This document shows positions 63,495-64,000 of a stretch of 64,000 bases of DNA, one piece after another. Positions within the stretch are counted from its first letter, which is position 1, and every line of letters starts with the position of its first letter. The stretch spans positions 1 to 64,000 of the forward strand of contig JBGFRI010000035.1 of assembly GCA_041695225.1 (NCBI GenBank), given 5' to 3'. A program made the translations under genes and the position numbers. Below the pieces are notes generated by a model, which made no database searches, was not told the DNA's origin, and was given only the letters and a program-made list of their open reading frames with translations. This stretch comes from Deinococcota bacterium. Lineage in GTDB: Bacteria > Deinococcota > Deinococci > Deinococcales > Thermaceae.

Positions 63495-64000
63495 TGGTTA
63501 TGTCTACCAGAGCCATAGCAGACCCCAAGATAGGCCTGGTGCAGGCCTTTACCGGCTACTATCAGTCGGTTCAGATACTGACGCGCTTTTTGGAGCTGGC
63601 CGGGGTACGGGTGATCAAGAGCCGGATGAGCACACCTGCCATCATCGAGGCCGGCACCACCCTGGCCAGTGCCGATCTGTGCTTCCCTTTGCGGGTTTAC
63701 GTGGGCCATGTGCATCATCTCATACAAAAACACCCCGACCTCGAGGCTATCGTGGCCCCAAACATCATCAGCGAGGACGCAAAGAGTTCGACCTGTTCAA
63801 AATACCGCGATGTCGGCGGGATTGCCCTGCGCTCCCTGGGCGATACCACCGGTCACCGCCTGCACCACCTGAACAAGCCTGGGGCAAAGGGGCTGCTACA
63901 GAGTCTGCCGCTGGAGCTGGACGCTGTTTTGGACCGTATCGAGCGCAGCAAGCACCTGCCGCGCTTTATCATGCCGGACATCCGCCTGCTGGCGGAAGTA
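63494..64000 (+). CDS. CoA-activase-related (DUF2229-like) protein, truncated by window end (not in ORF track)
   Basis: TGATG overlap with the upstream gene; open frame ...PKIGLVQAF...FLELAGVRVIKS...ADLCFPLRVYVGHV...STCSKY. Confidence 0.8.
   Translation, partial: MVMSTRAIADPKIGLVQAFTGYYQSVQILTRFLELAGVRVIKSRMSTPAIIEAGTTLASADLCFPLRVYVGHVHHLIQKHPDLEAIVAPNIISEDAKSSTCSKYRDVGGIALRSLGDTTGHRLHHLNKPGAKGLLQSLPLELDAVLDRIERSKHLPRFIMPDIRLLAEV

Overview
GC-rich chromosomal window from a Deinococcota thermophile, most likely Meiothermus or a close relative (pilMNOWQ, homoisocitrate dehydrogenase, a DdrH homologue, many leaderless TANNNT promoters). It opens inside a type I-E CRISPR array: 29 regularly spaced 29-bp repeats at 33-1772, with the leader and cas genes outside the window. 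At the trailer end, two more intact repeats (2115-2143, 3077-3105) enclose two giant 'spacers' of 342 and 933 bp. These carry complete, antisense-oriented genes with their own predicted promoters: an orphan acidic 63-aa protein and a VapBC-type toxin-antitoxin pair whose 59-aa antitoxin the ORF track missed. The array ends just downstream of tRNA-Val/tRNA-Cys. The rest is mostly housekeeping and stress genes: ATP-cone kinase, an interrupted aldo/keto reductase, an FtsX-type ABC exporter cluster, Hsp20-USP-release-factor-like cluster, a MITE-bracketed two-component module, tldD/pmbA, hicdh, pilMNOWQ, aroCKB, hsp20, ispE/ispD, uppP, katG, upp, GntR-TAXI-TRAP, holA, ddrH, accAD, bactofilin/M23, nucleoside phosphorylase, recG, an M16 peptidase pair, and the start of an acyl-CoA dehydratase activase operon. 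Other notable signals are a 184-nt 6S-RNA-like rod overlapping the end of ispE, and several short repeat families (heptamers, REP-like palindromes, MITEs), some inserted in-frame in genes. All family calls come from motif recognition by eye; no database searches were run.
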